A stretch of DNA of 64,000 nt from assembly GCF_009914755.1 (NCBI RefSeq), contig NC_060932.1; one strand, 5' to 3'. The position numbers and the translations under genes are program-made. The notes below the pieces were generated by a model. That model made no database searches. It was given only the letters and a program-made list of their open reading frames with translations, and was not told where the DNA came from. This DNA comes from the human T2T-CHM13v2.0 reference genome, Homo sapiens. This document shows positions 58,688 to 64,000 of this stretch, one piece after another; the first letter of the stretch is position 1, and each line of letters begins with the position of its first letter.

Positions 58688-59781
58688 ATATAAATGATAC
58701 AAATATAGTGCTGTGAGTGTTCAGCAAAGAAGAGACCAATTCCTTCTGGAAGTGAATTTGGTATATGAAATTGAATAGATAAAGAAATGGTAGGAAAATG
58801 CAGAAAATAAACCATTCTAGGGAGAAAAAACAGCATGAACAATTGCATGACAGAGGGTGCTCAATAATACAAATTTTGGAAACAGCGGTATGCAGTAGAA
58901 ATTGTTTAAATAGTAGAGAAAATTTGAATTTTAGTTCTACCATGAACTTTGAGACTTTGGACTTGTTTTTAACAACCTAAGGCTTCATTTATAAATTAGA
59001 TGTAATGTCATCTTCCTTCTAGAGCTTTTATGAGCATTAAATAAATACTGTTTGTATAGTACCTGGTTCATAGTAAATGCTCAATAAACCATAGTAATCT
59101 ATTAAAGGATTTTTATGCAAGGCAATGATATAATTTGAGCTACCTTTTATTTCCAAAACACAAATTCTTTCTTGAAATGAAAACAGAGTGAAAGATACTT
59201 TTCCTGATGTTGAGCTTCATAGAAAAATATTTAAGTTAGGGCTTAGTATAAGTATGATTCATCCCATGTAATAAATGGCTAACTGCATTTCATGTCCAAA
59301 GATTTAAGACTCGAAACTTCAATGATACTATTAATATGGTGAACGTTTGTTGTATAATAATCAGTGCTTAAAGTAAGAAAGGACATGGGAAGTACTATGT
59401 CTTTTTTTCAGTTAAGTAATAAATAAAGAAATGAGATAGTTCTCTTATGAAGTTATAAAAGCAAGTTTAAACATCAGAATTCATTTCTGAGGTTATTTAG
59501 TCTAACTCCATTATTTTCCAATGAAGAGACTGATGAGCAAGAAGATGAAGAGAGTACTGTCTGTATGTCATTCTTAAGAACATGACGACCCTTGAAAATT
59601 TTCAATAGTTCATGGAAAAATAAGAAATTTTAAAATGATGGGAGCTTTTGTGAAGGAAAATTTATTTATTTAAATATTTAACATTGTTATTTTATGCCAA
59701 ATGTTTATATAATAATGACAATAATAATTTTGAAGGACATCATAATTTTTACTAGCCTTATTGAACAGCATATTAAATAAT

Positions 59782-59947
59782 CAACTACTTGTCATGACAT
59801 TTCTTTTAAAAACATATCATGGCTCTTGAAATCAAATATCTGGTAACCACTGAATTAAGTAACTTGAGAAAGAATTTTCTAGACTAATAAGGGACTATGC
59901 TAGATAACACAGGTTTCCTAGATCTTGATTCACTACTCTCTCCAATG
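59782..59947 (+). repeat. Dispersed direct repeat, copy 2
   Basis: caactactt.tcatga...ggtaaccactga...cactactctctccaatg shared with copy 1. Confidence 0.93.
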
Positions 59948-60247
59948 CCTCCAAATGTAATTTCTTTTAAGAACCTCATTATAGGATCCAGGAAAACAAA
60001 TTCAATATTTCTGTGTTCTCTCCTAGTCACCTTTTAGACATTCTGCTTCTGAACAAAATTTTCCCAAGTTAAAGAAGGTAGAATGCAACTAATAAAAAAG
60101 TTTAAATACATCAATATCCCTACCTGATAATCATTTTTTGAATGTTTTGTAGGGGGAGTAGAGAATGTAATAAAAAATATATATGGTTATCTCCATATTT
60201 TATTAGTCCCTTTTTGGCCAATGATATTTCATGGACATAGCTGGTGA

Positions 60248-60836
60248 ATATATATATACATATAAATATATATATATATTATATACATATAAATATATAT
60301 ATTATATATACATAAATATATATATTATATATACATATAAATATATATATTATATATACATAAATATATATATTATATATACATATAAATATATATATTA
60401 TATATACATATAAATATATATTATATATACATATAAATATATATATTATATATACATATAAATATATATTATATATACATATAAATATATATTATATATA
60501 CATATAAATATATATAATATATACATATAAATGTATATATTATATACATATAAATATATATATAATATATACATATAAATATATATTATATATACATATA
60601 AAAACACATATGTTATATATAAGTATATATTTATTATATATAAAATATATTTTACATATTTTTATGTAATATATAAGCATATTTTATATGTTTATATATG
60701 CTATTATATATTTATTATATATAAACATATATGTTTATATATGTAAATATAATATATAATATATATAATATATAATACATAATAATATATAATATATAAT
60801 ACACGTTTATATATGTATTAGATAATATATATATAT
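60248..60836. repeat. AT-rich minisatellite / low-complexity tract (unit about 23-27 bp, TATATACATATAAATATATATTA)
   Basis: More than 12 recognisable units followed by degenerate TA-rich sequence. Confidence 0.95.
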
Positions 60837-60975
60837 TCACCAGCTATGTCCACATATGCATATATATACACACACATATATAATGATTTTTTTTACATCC
60901 TGACCAAATATCATGTTTGTGTCTCTGTGTGTGTGTGCTGTGTGTATTTGTAACAACTTCAGTGGTATATTTGAC

Positions 60976-61136
60976 CTTCATTGTTCCCTCTAAAGGATCA
61001 TGTTGAATGCGGAAATGATGAAATGAAGTTTGTAGAAGCTGTAGTTTTGCCCAAGATTAGTTTGCTGAATTTTGATTTCTTTACCTCATATGACATTTTT
61101 GTTGACTTTGAAAGAAGCTTAATGGGTAGAAGGGCT
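60976..61136 (-). pseudogene. Relic exon 3
   Basis: Strong acceptor ttcttctttaatcccttcag|, donor GAAG|gtcaaa. 161 nt, phase 2 to 1. Reads ALLPIKLLSKSTKMSYEVKKSKFSKLILGKTTASTNFISSFPHST*SFRGNNE. Confidence 0.6.
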
Positions 61137-61463
61137 CTGAAGGGATTAAAGAAGAACACGAATTCTTCCCAGAAGTTTTAAATCATACTTTAGTTGCTGG
61201 GAAAAAATATAGGTCTGGACTTGAATAGTATTATACCACAAAAATATTTAAACAGAAGTGAGGAGTTCATCAAAATTACAAAACACATATTGCTTCCCTT
61301 CAAAGATGTCTTCTAACTGCTGGCTAGATGTCACATTAGATAGTTAATTGTAAATCCGGAATTTTTTGTTGTTATATCCTTCCAATTGCATTAGTAGCTG
61401 ATGACATAGTCACCTGTTATACTGTATTACTTAGGAAAAAAATCTCTACGGAAATATTTTCCT

Positions 61464-61778
<315 letters not shown>

Positions 61779-62213
61779 TTACTCATTTCTACCGATAGAA
61801 TACCAAATTAATCCTAACATGTCATTTTCATATCTATTTATTTGCATATTTTTTCCTAAGAATGGTTTTTCCAACAAAATTTCTCAATCTGAGGATAATT
61901 GAAGAGGCAACTACAGCCTTAAATTACACCCTAACCATGTTGAGATATGTCTTTGGCACACATTCTTCATATAATCTCTTCCTAAGTGAAAGAAAGAAAT
62001 GGCTAATTCTATGTTTCCTAGAGAATAACATATATGTTAACTCTTTGAAATATAAAATTTAGAAATGATCATTTGAATGATGCCAGTGCAATCATGGAGC
62101 TCCTTAGCACACATGGAACATGGTGATCAGGCTGAAGTATGGATTAGAAAGCCTGCTGTGCAGGGGTGACTCGCTGTTCCCCTTCTTATGAAAGAAAGAA
62201 AGTGCAGCCTTAC

Positions 62214-62845
62214 TCAACACTCAAGAGCTATATTCCAATTGCATAGGTCACATGATGATGAAGTCCTGCAGTTATTTTCTTAACTTCTTCAACCTTTCCC
62301 CATTCACCATTAATGACCCAGTTGCCATCACTCTTAAAGGATAAAAGCTCTCCCACTTTTAACACATTTTTCCTCATGCCTTCTGATTCTCTCCTCCCTA
62401 ATGGTCCATGCATCCCTTACGATATCTTTAAGATAGGTTTTCAGTCCTTCTCAGTCAGACCCAGTTCTGGGCTGGAGGATTAGATCCAAAATATGGGGGA
62501 ACAAGGACATTCCACCTGATACCAGAGAAATAAAAAGGATCCTAAGAGTCTAATTTGAACAATTATATACCAACAAATTTCATAAACTAGAAGAAATGGA
62601 TATATTCCCAGATGCTTGCTACCTATGAAGATTGAATCATGAAGAAATAGAAAATCTGGCTGCTTACAAATCTCCTGCAGCTTGATAATACCAATAGAGT
62701 GCCTTCTGCCTTTGTAGTTTTCAGCGACATTATAAATGTGTCATTCAATTGCCTTAACCTCAGTGGGTTCCTTGTATTAGGAAAAAATCGGTTTCAATCA
62801 GTGTGAAAATTGATTATGAAGTAACCTGCGAACATTTTTTGAAAA
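62214..62845 (-). pseudogene. Relic exon 2, interrupted by an L1 fragment
   Basis: Acceptor ccatttcttcag|, donor TTGA|gtaagg. Reads ..KNVRRLLHNQFSH*LKPIFS*YKEPTEVKAIE*HIYNVAENYKGRRHSIGIIKLQEICKQ[L1]RGMSLFPHILDLILQPRTGSD*EGLKTYLKDIVRDAWTIREERIRRHEEKCVKSG.., then a frameshift to ..GKVEEVKKITAGLHHHVTYAIGI*LLSV. Ends in phase 2. Confidence 0.65.
62516..62658 (+). mobile_element. 143-bp internal L1 ORF2 fragment
   Basis: Translates DTREIKRILRV*FEQLYTNKFHKLEEMDIFPDACYL*RLNHEEIENL, matching the L1 ORF2 YANKL.NLEEMDKFL..YNLPRLN.EE region; no poly(A) or TSD. Confidence 0.9.
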
Positions 62846-63346
62846 CTGAAGAAATGGTTAACTTATGGTATAAGTATGTATGAAACAGTATGTGACTTTT
62901 GGCAGAAAATGGAATTGCATCAAATGTTAGGTACCCCTTCAAAATTTACATAAAGCAACAGGCTTAGTATGACTACTGACCCAAATGTTATTTTGAGGTT
63001 TTCAAGATGCATGTTTACTTTCATATTGTGGAGTTTAAACAGCTAAAACTGTTTGTAGACAAGAAATGTTTTAGGTAAGAAAAGGCGTTTATCACAGATG
63101 AAATCTGACTATTTGAGAATAGAAGGCTTTCACAGTTATACATATTGAAGGAGAATTAAGAGACATAGCCCAACTATTCTGATTTGTAGTAAAGTAGCAA
63201 ACTTCATGATTCAGTCAGGCTTATGCTCCTGTTCTACAAATCCCAGGTCACTAAGGAGCAACTCAGGTGAAAAGTTATAGTCATGGTACAATTGATTGTT
63301 TCATGAGTGCTTTGTGTTAGAGGGCTATGTGGGGATTTACAGATAC

Positions 63347-63408
63347 CTCTGATTATATTCCTCTCAAACATTGGAAGTCTACTCTCTATGGAAACAATGG
63401 GGTAGAGT
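63347..63408 (-). pseudogene. Relic exon 1 (first in window), LYPIVSIESRLPMFERNIIR
   Basis: Acceptor catttccctcattttcag|, donor AGAG|gtatct. 62 nt, phase 2 to 1, open frame. Confidence 0.5.
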
Positions 63409-63667
63409 CTGAAAATGAGGGAAATGGGTTGCCTTCTGACAATTAGACGGGGCCTTAACCTAACAGATTGCAGCAGAAATATTCAAAATCAACGTGTGCA
63501 TGTAAGATTTGATACCAAAAAGGAGAGGAGAAAATCTTCAATGAAAACACAGAAAATCTAGACTCAGATAAACAAATATTGACAACGTCCAGATAAATCT
63601 TTTCTAGGAAGATTAGCCTGCCAGTCTGATCTTCATTTTCACGATTATGAAAACATATGTGTTAGAC

Positions 63668-63860
63668 CAATGTTTCTCAAAACATAGCCTACGTCCAAAT
63701 CACATAGAAGGGTGCTTAAAACACAGAACTCTGGACTCCACCAGTAGAATTCTTGATTCTGTGGGTCTGGAGTGACGCTTGAGAATTTCCGTTTTCAACA
63801 GTTTCTAGGTGGTGTTGATTGATGCTTCTGTTCCCACAACCACGCTCTAAGAACCACTGC
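63668..63860. mobile_element. MER5A MITE
   Basis: caatgtttctcaaa...tgattctgtgggtctggagt...gagaattt...taagaaccactg. Confidence 0.8.
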
Positions 63861-64000
63861 ATTAAACCAGCAGAACCTGCAGCTGTTAAACATTTAAATC
63901 AAATAAGTATCTCTCAACTACTTTATTCCTTGTTTCCAAGAACCTGAGGAATATACTATGCCTAGATGGAAGAAAATATACTAGACAGGTCAAGTAAGTC

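Noticed and set aside
60248-60600. Regular repeats as a CRISPR-like array or coding repeat (ORF 60231)
   Set aside because: No unique spacers; this is a simple AT minisatellite in a eukaryotic context.

Overview
This is AT-rich simian-primate (probably human) genomic DNA, judged from AluJ/S/Y, THE1, MER50/MER39 LTRs, Tigger2, MER44, MER2, MER5, MIR, L2 and old L1 copies. No intact protein-coding gene, RNA gene or CRISPR array is supported, and the supplied ORFs are repeat-derived or chance. The main discovery is on the minus strand at about 63408 to 41125: a chain of 10 decayed exons, roughly 3 kb or about 1000 codons of relic coding sequence. Their splice phases join almost perfectly, giving a protein with at least two degenerate RGS (RH)-like segments. 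The chain carries more than 20 in-frame stops, several frameshifts, mutated splice sites, a poly(T) expansion and an L1 fragment whose removal restores the frame. I read it as a candidate unprocessed (possibly unitary) pseudogene of a large RGS22/RGSL1-like gene that I cannot name; its 5' part lies beyond the window. Other oddities are a ~500-bp old inverted duplication, an RFX X-box cluster, an AT-rich minisatellite bracketed by a perfect inverted repeat, a trimeric Alu and several local duplications. All translations and repeat calls were made by eye, without alignment.
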